DNA of 63,207 nucleotides, counting the filler, from a bacterium (GTDB lineage: Bacteria > JAJRZV01): NCBI GenBank assembly GCA_024275095.1. It is 8 parts of 8 records of this genome, joined end to end, with 100 filler letters (N's around TTAATTAATTAA, not from the genome) between each part and the next. Parts side by side here need not be neighbours in the genome. Positions count along the whole stretch, not along the records: positions 37,310 to 42,424 come from JAJRZV010000109.1; positions 42,525 to 46,977 come from JAJRZV010000110.1; positions 47,078 to 61,241 come from JAJRZV010000111.1; 5 more parts are not named here. One strand, 5' to 3'. A program made the translations under genes and the position numbers. This document shows positions 40,892-50,472 of the stretch, piece by piece. Below the pieces are notes generated by a model. The model had not been told where the DNA came from, did not search any database, and worked only from the letters and a program-made list of their open reading frames with translations. Numbering within the stretch: position 1 is the first letter of the stretch; each line of letters begins with the position of its first letter.

Positions 40892-42264
40892 AGAGCCTGT
40901 TGCAGGTGGTACTTGAGTTTGCCCACATGCTCAGGCAATGGGGAATTGCTGTCGGTCCTGAACAGGTGGAAGATGCACTTCATGCACTCACTGTCACGGG
41001 CATTCACCAGCGAGAGATAGTCCGTAATGTGCTCAAAATGACGATGGTTGCGAAACGATGGGAGGAAGAGGTTTTTGACATGCTGTTTGAATTGCATTTC
41101 ATGGGGATGGAGTTTCCCCCTTTACTGAGGGCCACAGGAGACACTTCCCCCGCCCTTGCATTTATACTCTTCGGAGACGAAAGGAAGTTTTTAGAGATAC
41201 TTGAGCAGCTTGTGAATGCGGAAACACCACAGGGAGATCAACGCATGTTTGGGGCGTTTCTCTGGAGGGTGCTTACTGCGTCCGGACTCGCATCTGCACG
41301 TGATGAGCTTCGAGCTTTTCTCAACAGATTGCTGGAAGAGGGGAGTATATCCCGGGAAGAATTTGAAAAATTGCTGGAAGAAGGTAACACCCGTATTTCC
41401 AAGCTACGTGAAAAACTGAGACCTCTGATAGAAAAAATGCTTGTTGAAAAAGGTGTAATGCGGGACAGGAGAGTGAATTCCCTTGTGGAAAGGGAGTTTT
41501 ACTCTCTTAGTGACGAGGAGTTGAATGAGTTGCGCCTTTTGTGTCGCCATCTGGGCAGACAATTGAGGACAGTGCTTTCTGCTGCACGCAAGCACAGCAG
41601 AAAGGGTGACCTGGATGTGAGAAGAATGTTAAGGGAGAGCGAAGGTACAGATGGGGTGCCTTTCAAGCTCATTTACAGGCAACGGCGCATTAAAAAGCCC
41701 CGCCTTGTGATTCTGGCGGATGTGTCCAGCTCCATGCGCCACAGCCTGGAATTTTTCCTGAGGATTCTGCACGCGGTCAGGGAGGAATTTTCATCTGTGA
41801 GGCTATTTATCTTTGTTAATAGTTGCATGGAGGTTTCGTGGATACCCTGGGACAGAAATCCGCTGGATACGCTTGGACATCTCGCAGAAAAGGAAGGGTT
41901 TGACCTTTATGCCTACACCAATTACGGGGCTTCACTGCAGTCATTCATGGAGAACTATGCCAGTGCACTCACACGGCGTACGAGCGTAATTTTCATAGGA
42001 GATGGCAGATCCAATTATGCAGACCCCGGTGAGGAAGTAATGAAGCGCATGAGAGAAATTGTCAGACACATATACTGGCTCAACCCTGAGCCTGTGTACG
42101 GATGGGTGACCGGGGACAGCGAGATGAAAACATTTATCAAATATGTGGATGGGGCGTATGTTGTACGGTCGCTCCAGGACATGTGGAACTTTGTGAGAGA
42201 TCTGGTGCTTGGTAGAGGACAGACCAACGTAACTTTCCCGGAAGCTCTGGCGCTGAAGGGTTGA
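40888..42264 (+). CDS. CoxE-like VWA domain protein
   Basis: LDVRR, DVSSSM MIDAS, TNYG, GDGRSNY, WLNPEP. Confidence 0.92.
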   Translation: MKSLLQVVLEFAHMLRQWGIAVGPEQVEDALHALTVTGIHQREIVRNVLKMTMVAKRWEEEVFDMLFELHFMGMEFPPLLRATGDTSPALAFILFGDERKFLEILEQLVNAETPQGDQRMFGAFLWRVLTASGLASARDELRAFLNRLLEEGSISREEFEKLLEEGNTRISKLREKLRPLIEKMLVEKGVMRDRRVNSLVEREFYSLSDEELNELRLLCRHLGRQLRTVLSAARKHSRKGDLDVRRMLRESEGTDGVPFKLIYRQRRIKKPRLVILADVSSSMRHSLEFFLRILHAVREEFSSVRLFIFVNSCMEVSWIPWDRNPLDTLGHLAEKEGFDLYAYTNYGASLQSFMENYASALTRRTSVIFIGDGRSNYADPGEEVMKRMREIVRHIYWLNPEPVYGWVTGDSEMKTFIKYVDGAYVVRSLQDMWNFVRDLVLGRGQTNVTFPEALALKG

Positions 42265-42266
42265 GT

Positions 42267-42424
42267 CGAAATTCCGGGGTCTGCGAAATTCCGGGGTCTG
42301 GTCTCAACATTTGACATTCGGGGTTCAAGGCCGGGGTTTTACCGGCGGTGGGTGTAGGTTGCTTTGCTCGCCTCCCGCGTTGCAGGAGATTCGCTCGCAA
42401 GCACTGATACCCCGAGATTGGGTC
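42267..42424 (+). repeat. Dispersed repeat (141-bp copy) preceded by a 17-bp tandem duplication of its start
   Basis: CGAAATTCCGGGGTCTG at 42267-42283 and 42284-42300; 42284-42424 is the inverted copy of 37310-37450. Confidence 0.93.
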
Positions 42425-42524
42425 NNNNNNNNNNNNNNNNNNNNNNNNNNNNNNNNNNNNNNNNNNNNTTAATTAATTAANNNNNNNNNNNNNNNNNNNN
42501 NNNNNNNNNNNNNNNNNNNNNNNN
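42425..42524. other. Artificial contig linker
   Basis: N44-TTAATTAATTAA-N44. Confidence 0.99.
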
Positions 42525-42582
42525 ACTTCCCTGGGGGTACCCCCAGGGAAAAATTTCGGGGCGGATATAAGGAGTTTTTTTC

Positions 42583-43068
42583 ATGAGCAATTATTCTGAA
42601 GAGTTTAAAGAAGCGATGGTAAAGAAATTGACTCAAGGAGACGCGATAAGCGCCGGAGCCCTCTCGCTGGAAGCGGGAGTACACCAATCGACACTCTCCC
42701 GTTGGGTAAGAGAATATGGTACTGTGGGCAGCGGGAGGAATGGTATGAAAAAAAGACGACCACAGGATTGGAGTGCGGAAGAAAAGCTGGATGCGGTCTT
42801 GGAGTATGAAAGACGTGAGGAAGAGCAACGGGGGCAGTTTCTGAGGGAGAAAGGGCTGCACGCAGTTCACCTGGAACGATGGAAACAGTCGATCATTGAG
42901 GGGCTTACGAGACCGAAGCCGAATAAACAGGACCCTCAAACGAAGAAAATAAAGGAGCTGGAAAAGGAGCTTCGTCGTAAAGATAAAGCGCTGGCTGAAA
43001 CAGCAGCGCTGTTAGTACTCAAAAAAAAAGCCCAGGCGATTTGGGGGGACCACGAGGGCGAAGAATAA
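42583..43068 (+). CDS. IS3-family transposase OrfA
   Basis: YSEEFK HTH start; ELRRKDKALAETAALLVLKKK. Confidence 0.92.
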   Translation: MSNYSEEFKEAMVKKLTQGDAISAGALSLEAGVHQSTLSRWVREYGTVGSGRNGMKKRRPQDWSAEEKLDAVLEYERREEEQRGQFLREKGLHAVHLERWKQSIIEGLTRPKPNKQDPQTKKIKELEKELRRKDKALAETAALLVLKKKAQAIWGDHEGEE

Positions 43069-44123
43069 GTGGGGAGGACCGAAAGAGGTGTATCATATTG
43101 GTGCGTGAAGCAGTAGAAGCCGGTGCCCGGCGGTTTAAAGCATGTGAGGTGCTGGGGATATCGGTACGGACCTTGCAGAGATGGGAAAAGGTACCGGAAG
43201 AAGAGGACCGAAGGCGGGGACCTAAGAGCAGACCGAAGAACAGCCTCAGTGATGCTGAGAAGGAGCTGGTGCTTACCGTGGCAACGAGTCCACGGTTTCG
43301 AGACCTCTCTCCATCCCAGATAGTGCCTATTCTGGCGGATGAAGGGGTATATATAGCCTCTGAAGCGAGTTATTATCGAATTTTGAAGGAGAAGAAGCTG
43401 CTTGCCCACCGAAACAAGGCCAGGCCGTGTCGGCATGGAAAACCGAAGGAACATAGGGCGACAGGGCCGAACCAGGTATGGAGTTGGGACATCACGTATG
43501 TGAAGAGTTCGGTACGAGGGAGGTTTTATTATCTGTACCTGGTGGTGGATATCTTTAGTCGAATGATTGTAGCGTGGGCAGTGCATGAGGCAGAGTCTGC
43601 TGAACTGGCCGGCGTACTGATCCGTGAAGCGTGTATGCGGCATGGTGTGGATCCGGAGACGTTGGTTCTGCATTCGGACAATGGAGGCCCTATGAAGGGA
43701 GCAACGATGCTATCGACCCTGCAGTGGTTGGGAATAGTCCCCTCTTTTAGTCGCCCGTCGGTGAGTGATGATAATGCCTATTCCGAGGCGCTTTTCAAGA
43801 CCATGAAATACAGGCCTGAATATCCTTCAAAGCCATTTGAGGGAGTATCAGCAGCGGAGGAGTGGGTAGAAGAGTTCGTGGGGTGGTACAATAACGAGCA
43901 CAGACATAGTGGTATCCGTTTTGTTACACCTGCCTCAAGGCATTACGGAGAGGACAAACAGATATTAGAAAAACGTGAGGAGGTATATGAGGAAGCGAAG
44001 CAGAGGAACCCATTACGATGGTTTTCAGGCAGAATAAGAAACTGGGATATGATTACAGAGGTCAGGTTGAACCCTTCTAAGAAGAAAGAAGGACTGCCTT
44101 CTTATGAGATGAAAAGTGCCTGA
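43041..44123 (+). CDS. IS3-family transposase OrfB (DDE integrase core)
   Basis: PNQVWSWDITY, LHSDNG, SRPSVSDDNAYSE, WYNNEHRHSGI..TP. Confidence 0.95.
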   Translation: MGGPRGRRISGEDRKRCIILVREAVEAGARRFKACEVLGISVRTLQRWEKVPEEEDRRRGPKSRPKNSLSDAEKELVLTVATSPRFRDLSPSQIVPILADEGVYIASEASYYRILKEKKLLAHRNKARPCRHGKPKEHRATGPNQVWSWDITYVKSSVRGRFYYLYLVVDIFSRMIVAWAVHEAESAELAGVLIREACMRHGVDPETLVLHSDNGGPMKGATMLSTLQWLGIVPSFSRPSVSDDNAYSEALFKTMKYRPEYPSKPFEGVSAAEEWVEEFVGWYNNEHRHSGIRFVTPASRHYGEDKQILEKREEVYEEAKQRNPLRWFSGRIRNWDMITEVRLNPSKKKEGLPSYEMKSA

Positions 44124-44162
44124 TGTGGTCAGAAGAGGCGACAACTATCTTGACAATCACCG

Positions 44163-44751
44163 CCAGTGCTTCGGCTTTCTTGCGTTTATTGTCAAACTCT
44201 TCATAACGGGTTTCTGCAATTTTTCTTGCCACTTCCGCTTTTATTTTTCAGGCATGGGTTAAAATTTCCTGCTCATTGAATTCTAGGAAGGCGTCGAGTT
44301 TTTCCTCCCATTGCTCCATGGTAACGGTTTGCCTTTTGCGTGCCTGTCTTTCAGCATAATCCAGATACATGGTGACAATCTCATTGAGGTCTTTGATTTC
44401 ATCTTCTTTCAGAATATTGGTTGCCCAGATTCTGAATTGCGTGGCTCTTTTGGAATTGACCCGGTATCCCACAGCAATAAGGGCATCGAGATTATAGAAA
44501 TCCCTGTTCCGGCTGACCTGACGATTGCCTTCCTGTTGAACTGTTTCCATTTTGGAAACAGTTGCCTTTTTTTGTAACTCTCCCTCTTCAAAGATATTGT
44601 TCAGATGTTTGGATATTGCCGGAACATTTACACCAAACAGTTCCGCCATTTTTGCCTGGGTAAGCCAGATAGTCTCGTCCCGAAAGACCGTATCTATCCT
44701 GATTTCACCGTTGGATGTTCGGTAAAGTATAATTTCCGTTTTGCCGGACAC
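44163..44751 (-). pseudogene. RhuM-family protein, degraded (apparent internal deletion, in-frame TGA at 44248-44250, 3' end cut by IS)
   Basis: ETIWLTQAKMAELF, YNLDALIAVGYRVNSKRATQFRIWAT, YLDYAE.QA, FLEFN; the frame continues HA*KIKAEVA up to the IS end; probable GTG start at 44751. Confidence 0.8.
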
Positions 44752-44770
44752 TCCGCTCCCTTTGTTTCCC

Positions 44771-44839
44771 TGGTGTTTGTCAAGATAGTTGTCGCCTTTT
44801 ATGTCCGCGTCAGGCACTTTTCCTCTCATAAGAAGGCAG
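44771..44839 (-). mobile_element. Isolated 69-bp right-end remnant of a related IS3 element
   Basis: Inverted, diverged copy of 44094-44162, encoding LPSYERKSA* versus LPSYEMKSA* plus the terminal repeat. Confidence 0.85.
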
Positions 44840-46806
44840 CTCGTCTTTGAATCTTACAAGTTTTGGATCGCGCTGCACCTGCTGCCAGAGATGTTTAATC
44901 TCCTTTAATACTTCAAGGTCATGTTCAAGGTCCTTTTTCAAGTCGCCCCTGAAATCCTTACTCTCATATTTTTCCGCCTTGCCTTCATCGATCAGCCTTT
45001 GAATCGCCTCGTCATCGTCGTTTTCCAGCAGTTCAAATATCTTGTTTATATGCTTTGCACTGACATATACCGAACCATTATTCATTTCCCTGATGAACAT
45101 TTCGTAGGAATGTAAAAATCTGTCCACTGAATTTCTGAAGGCAAAAAAACTGCTTTCCAACCGCTTGACCAGCAGGATTTTCATGAACCGGCCCATATTC
45201 CGCTGGGACTGCGCTTCAAGCTGATCTATTTTGCCTTCAAAATACAGCATGGGCATGTAACGGGCGTATCTGAACTTGTCAGCAATCAGGTCAATGGTTT
45301 TATTGAATATCTCATCTTCCCTGTCATCCAGTTCATAAAAAAGCGGGGCGGGTTTTTCGACCCGTGGGAATTTCAATCCCTGCTCCACAATGTCTTTTTT
45401 AAAGTATTTTTCGATTTCGGTCCGGGTGCGGCGCACCATCAGATACTTCAAAACCTTGTCGCGTATTTCCCGGGCATTCTCTTTCACCCTGTTGATGTAT
45501 TCGGCATAGTCCTTCTTCCGATCCAGTTTCTTGAGTTTCTTTTCGAGCTTGCCGAAGAATGATTCCAGGTCAGGGAGGTTCGGTATGGTGCTTTTTTTGG
45601 CTTTCTGAAACAGCTTCAGCAGGCTCAGGATGTCCCGAGGCGTATTATTATAGGGCGTCGCCGTTACCAGGATAACCCGTTTGCCCCGGCATATTTCCGC
45701 GAGTTTTTCATAGGTGACGGTTGTTTCCGTTCGGAAACGGTGCGCTTCGTCAATGATGATATTGGTGTATTTCTCCGTTCCTCTGTTTAAAAGATCATCC
45801 AGTTTCCCAAGTGATTCAAAATCCGCCGGAACTCGAAAATCTGAAAACACATTTGGCCAGGATCCCGGATTGGATTTTTCCAGAAGAACGGGCGGTGCGA
45901 TGACGAGGGTTCTGCCGTCAAGCTGCCCGGCAAGCATTGCTGAGATGTAGGTTTTGCCAAGCCCGACAACATCAGAGATAAACACACCACCATATTCCAG
46001 AAGTATTTTTTTGGCATTCAAAACCGCCTGCTCCTGGTACTCCAGTTTCTTGAACTCCTGGGGCAGATATTTAACGAAAACCTCGTCCGTCTGGTTGAGC
46101 TCATCCTTGAAGTACTCATAAAGGAATTTCAGATAGAGCTGATAGGGCGATATGTTTCGGGTCAACCAGGTCTTGTCCTGAATCGTCTGCACATATTTTT
46201 CACTGACATCAACCACGCTTTCCCACAATTCGTTGAATTTTTTTTTAATGCGAAGTTGTAATCTTCGGGACGCTGCAACTCCACATTGAATTCCAGATTA
46301 TCAACCAGGCCGGACTGCGTGAAATTGCTTGACCCCGTGATGACACGGCCGATGTCCCGGTCGCCTTTTCTGAAGGTCATGATATAGAGTTTGGCGTGGA
46401 TTTTTTGAGAAGGATACGCCCTGATTTCGAGTTTCTCTTTTTTTATCCAATCGATGAAGGTATGAACGCCGTCTTCAACATTTCTGTTGTCCTAGGAGTC
46501 CGACATTTCTTTTTCAACAAGATTTCCAATTTCCTGTTTGGTCTCGGCATGTGAAAAATCAAATACCGATTGTGGCTGTCTATTTGCCCGTTCCAGCATG
46601 TCAAAAGTCTGCCTGTTTGTGCCGATGCCGATCAGGATTCTAACTTTATCCGTGTTCTCAAGGGCGGGATAGACAGCATGAAAACCACTGGAATAAAAGT
46701 ATCCAACGAGACAATCAAAAAAAGATGTGTCCTTGATGAGAGTCCTGAATCTCTCTTTGAGGCTTTGATTCTCCCCGTTTGTGATAAATGATAGATTTAT
46801 GTTCAC
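44810..46806 (-). pseudogene. PLD (NgoFVII-like HxK) nuclease fused to SNF2-like helicase, disrupted and truncated
   Basis: IHAKLYI and ITGSSNFT..GL..NLEFN PLD motifs; SDVVGLGKT, DEAH, TATP helicase motifs; TAG at 46492-46494, frameshift in the 9-T run 46238-46246, HelicC domain replaced by IS end. Confidence 0.85.
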
Positions 46807-46977
46807 GTTTTTTATGTATCCTCTATATTCCCGGTATAACGATTGAGCTGAGTAGTTCGGCGCAGCCGAAGCAACTCCAGCGTTTTGTTAAAAACTCCAT
46901 TTATTCCTCTAATATAATAGTCCAAACAGATACAAGGGAATTTCATTTTTACTACCATAGAGAATATCATCTTTGAC

Positions 46978-47077
46978 NNNNNNNNNNNNNNNNNNNNNNN
47001 NNNNNNNNNNNNNNNNNNNNNTTAATTAATTAANNNNNNNNNNNNNNNNNNNNNNNNNNNNNNNNNNNNNNNNNNNN
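46978..47077. other. Artificial contig linker
   Basis: N44-TTAATTAATTAA-N44. Confidence 0.99.
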
Positions 47078-48153
47078 GGGCACACCCCATAACTATCCAC
47101 GTAAAGTGCCCAGTAAAGATTTTTAAACGTGTTGCCTGTGATTACGAACCTGCATGACTGGTAAGGGTATTTGAGATCTGAATCAGCAACCTGAACTCCC
47201 GGGCCGTTGCTGTCCCGTATTTCATTGTTGATGACCTTGACCTCGTATCCTCCATCAATCCACACTCCTGCATCCCAGTAGTCACCGTTTGCATCCAGGT
47301 CATTTTCATAGATTTCGTTATTTTCAACTTTTACATAAAATCCGTCTTCAACAAGTATTCCACCACCTACATTGTTATAAATTGTATTGTCTTTTATAAC
47401 AGCGTTTTTAATTCGGTAGGTGTCAACGGCCATTCCGAGTATACCCTGTTCCTGTCGTTCTATTCCCGGACCGTTTTCATATAATTCATTGTTCGCCACT
47501 TCTACATCTTCAACCTCAACCAGAGCAAGACCGAACCCCTCGCCTTCAAAATCTGGATTGATGGATGCAAAACCGTTACCTTTAAAAGTGCAGTTTTTTA
47601 TGCTGATTCCCGTGCTTTGCATCATATAGAAGCCACCGTCGGTAAAATTCCTGAATTCAATGTTTTCAATTCGTATGTTCTTGCTTCGGGCAAACGCCAG
47701 TCCGAACGTTCTGATATTTTCACCGTCCATGATCGCTTTCCCGCCGGTGGTGACCCCGGAAATTGAGATTGGAGCAGTTTCGCTTCCTGCATTACCTACA
47801 ATGATTGATTCGTGGTATATACCGGGTAGCACGAGTATGGTTTGCCCTGGAGTGGCATTACAAATAGCTTTTTCTAATGTTCTGAGAGCCGTCTCTTGAG
47901 TAAGACCATCATTTTCGTCAGAGCCGTCGGGTGAGACATAAATCACATTTCCAGCCAGGGGCTCAGCATCTTGAGCAAAGCATTCTGTGCCGGATTGAAA
48001 GAATATCCCGGTATCTCCTTCGACGATGTTGGTTTTATCACTGCATCCTGAAATTACAATTACGGTGAGACACGTAAACACGACGAAAACCGGCTTCACT
48101 ACAGGAACAAAAGAACCTTTATTCATGCTTAACTCCTCTTTTGAGGTGGACAT
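47078..48153 (-). CDS. Right-handed parallel beta-helix (pectin lyase-fold) lipoprotein, 5' part
   Basis: VISGC lipobox, IYVSPDGSDENDG (DUF1565-like), PGQTILVLPGIY, repeated I.NN.I..N strands; continues at 142-331 (+). Confidence 0.88.
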
Positions 48154-48634
48154 ACATAAAAATTATGGTGGGGAAAGAAGAAGATATAAAATAAATAGAT
48201 TGTAAATTGCCACCTCAGGGTATTTGAATTGATTGTATAAAATAATTATACCCTTGTCAAAACCAAATGCTTGAGGGTTCATTAATTATGGCTCAAGGTA
48301 TTTAATTATCTTAACTCCTCCTGAGGAAAGTAATGGATATTTTCGAAAATACAAATTTCAAAACCCTAGAATTTTTTGAGATTTCCCCAGCTGGGCATCT
48401 CTTTTTTACTGTTATTTTCCTTTTATGCCCATTGTCAGCTCATCTCAGGGTATTCTCTTCGATACACGATATGCTCATGGTTCTTTTTTCTTGTATAAGC
48501 TTCAAATGTAATCTTATTAGCAAAAGAAGCTGATCTTCTCTTAAAATTTTGTATGTGTTGTGCTCCTCGTTTAAGAAAGGAATGTTATACGTATTTGATT
48601 TTTCGACGGGATTCCCGAGTGATATCTGAGGATA

Positions 48635-49117
48635 ATGAATAGTCAATCATCAGATCAGGTGATTTACCTTGCTTGCTGGGATGAGAAAACTTATCCATTG
48701 AAGTTTTACCGCGTAAATGCAGCAGACTTATCTCGGCACGTGGGTTTGTGGAGAACCATCATTGTCCGCTTTGCTCTTTTCCGATTGAAAATGCTGGGTA
48801 TTACCCTTTTTCCATTTGTGATTGTTCGGGGTGATGACCCTGTTGCAGGAATAATTCTGGAATCCGGTGGGTCTTCCTCGTTGATGCGTCATGAATTCGT
48901 ACATCTCCTTCAGCAGTGGAAAACGGGCCGCACGCGCTTTTACTTTTGTTATCTCTGGAACTGGATGAAAGAATTTTTTAAAAGAAGAAACTGGCTTGAA
49001 GCGTATCTGCACGTACAGTATGAGGTGGAAGCCAGAGACCTTGCATCAAAACCATTACATTTTCAAAAGTTATTGAAAGAGTGTGGAGTAATCTCGAAGA
49101 AAAAAAGCTCTGTATAA
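48635..49117 (+). CDS. Hypothetical protein with HExxH metallopeptidase-like motif
   Basis: GITLFPF, RHEFVHLLQQ, AY....YEVEAR. Confidence 0.7.
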   Translation: MNSQSSDQVIYLACWDEKTYPLKFYRVNAADLSRHVGLWRTIIVRFALFRLKMLGITLFPFVIVRGDDPVAGIILESGGSSSLMRHEFVHLLQQWKTGRTRFYFCYLWNWMKEFFKRRNWLEAYLHVQYEVEARDLASKPLHFQKLLKECGVISKKKSSV

Positions 49118-49218
49118 AAATTCTTTCCGTTTTTTTCTTTGTTGCTTTGCAAACGGGCGGGGGTATTTTTGTAAAATTGCCGTTGGCGAGTGCGGATTTT
49201 TCCTGTAAACTTTAAATT

Positions 49219-49581
49219 ATGAAAAGGGAAAAACTCGAAGAATTCAGAGCCATTCTTCTCAACGAGCTCCAGAGTCTTACAGAAAAGGCTGGAGTCACCA
49301 TTGACGGGATGTCCAGTCAAATGCAGAATTTTTCAGATGTGGCGGACAGGGCGTATATGGAAGCGCAGCGTGGTCTCACACTGCGCCTCAGGGACAGGGA
49401 ACGCAAACTCATGATGAAAATTCTGGACGCCCTGCATCGAATTGATGACGGCACTTACGGTATATGCGAAGAATGTGGTCAGCCAATTTCTGAAGAACGT
49501 CTGAGAGCACGACCGGTAACCACCTTGTGCATTGACTGTAAAAAGGATCAGGAAGAAGAGGAGCGCCTGAGGGGTGAGTGA
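49219..49581 (+). CDS. dksA: RNA polymerase-binding factor DksA
   Basis: DVADRA coiled-coil tip, RDRERKL, GTYGICEECG..I...RL.ARP....CIDCK. Confidence 0.93.
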   Translation: MKREKLEEFRAILLNELQSLTEKAGVTIDGMSSQMQNFSDVADRAYMEAQRGLTLRLRDRERKLMMKILDALHRIDDGTYGICEECGQPISEERLRARPVTTLCIDCKKDQEEEERLRGE

Positions 49582-50472
49582 GGTTTCCCCTCGCAGGGTT
49601 TGTATAGCAGGTGCAACAGGATTTATCGGTAACACCTGACACGTTACCTGATCAATAGAGAATTTCAGGTCAGATTGATCCTTACACGAGAAACAGACGT
49701 TCCTGCGGGAGCAGAGGCTGTTCTGTGTAATCTGTTAAATCCCGAGTCGTGCGGCCACGCAGTGAGTAAGTGTCATACGGTTATCAACTTGATAGGCCTT
49801 ATAAGGGAAACAGAAACAAGAAACTTCAGGACATCTCATGTTGACATACCGGCAATACTTGCACGTGTGGCCTCAGAAGCAGGGGTTAAACAATTTATTC
49901 ACGTGAGCGCACTTGGTGCATCACAAAATAGCATTAGCATATATAAGATAACAAAAGCAGAAGGTGAAGCGGCCGTGCGTGCTCATTTCCCTTCAGCCGT
50001 CATTGTTCGTCCTTCAGTGGTGATGGGTGCCGGGAATAAGTTTTTCTCCACGGTAGCATTGCTGGCGAGGTTTTCTCCCGTCCTGCCCGTTCCCAGGCCG
50101 AGTTTTAAATTAAGGCCGGTTCACATTGAGGATTTATGCGAGTGCATCGGAAATGTTGTGGAAAAGGGGATAGAGGGTACGGTTATTGAAGTGTGCGGTC
50201 CCGATGTTATGACCAATGCGGAATTGTTCAAGTTTGCTTTAAAAGTGTGCGGCCTGCGTAGATTGCTGATACCTGTCCCCCTGTTTGTCGCCGAACTTGG
50301 TGCAGCATTAATTTCCAGAATATTTCCAGAAGTTACATTTTCTCGTGATAGTGTAAGGGCTCTGAGAGAGGGTGATAATGTATGCGCTGATAATTCTACA
50401 TTTGTACAGGTGCTTGGTCATGAACCCAGAGCTGTTTCACTTAAGGACGTAAAGAGGGCGTGCGGGAATTAG
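49574..50472 (+). pseudogene. NAD(P)-dependent epimerase/NDUFA9-like protein with a 1-nt frameshift near the 5' end
   Basis: GTG at 49574 gives VCIAGATGFIG (Rossmann motif) then a stop at 49637-49639; the remainder (HVSALGA, Y..TK, RPSVV) is in ORF 49675-50472. Confidence 0.8.

Larger units (their letters stand above)
42525..44162 (+). mobile_element. IS3-family insertion sequence (left end lost at contig break)
   Basis: orfA/orfB arrangement with A9G slippery run at 43021-43030; right end GGCGACAACTATCTTGACAATCACCG ending at 44162. Confidence 0.9.

Noticed and set aside
39992..42264. CO dehydrogenase locus inferred from coxD/coxE-like genes
   Set aside because: No coxL/M/S on the contig; MoxR-VWA pairs chaperone many different targets
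42469..43673. Minus-strand ORFs over the IS
   Set aside because: Antisense to the IS3 orfA/orfB
44248..44250. Selenocysteine at the rhuM TGA
   Set aside because: The position is probably Gly (HAGK-like context) in an already deleted, IS-truncated gene; no redox motif
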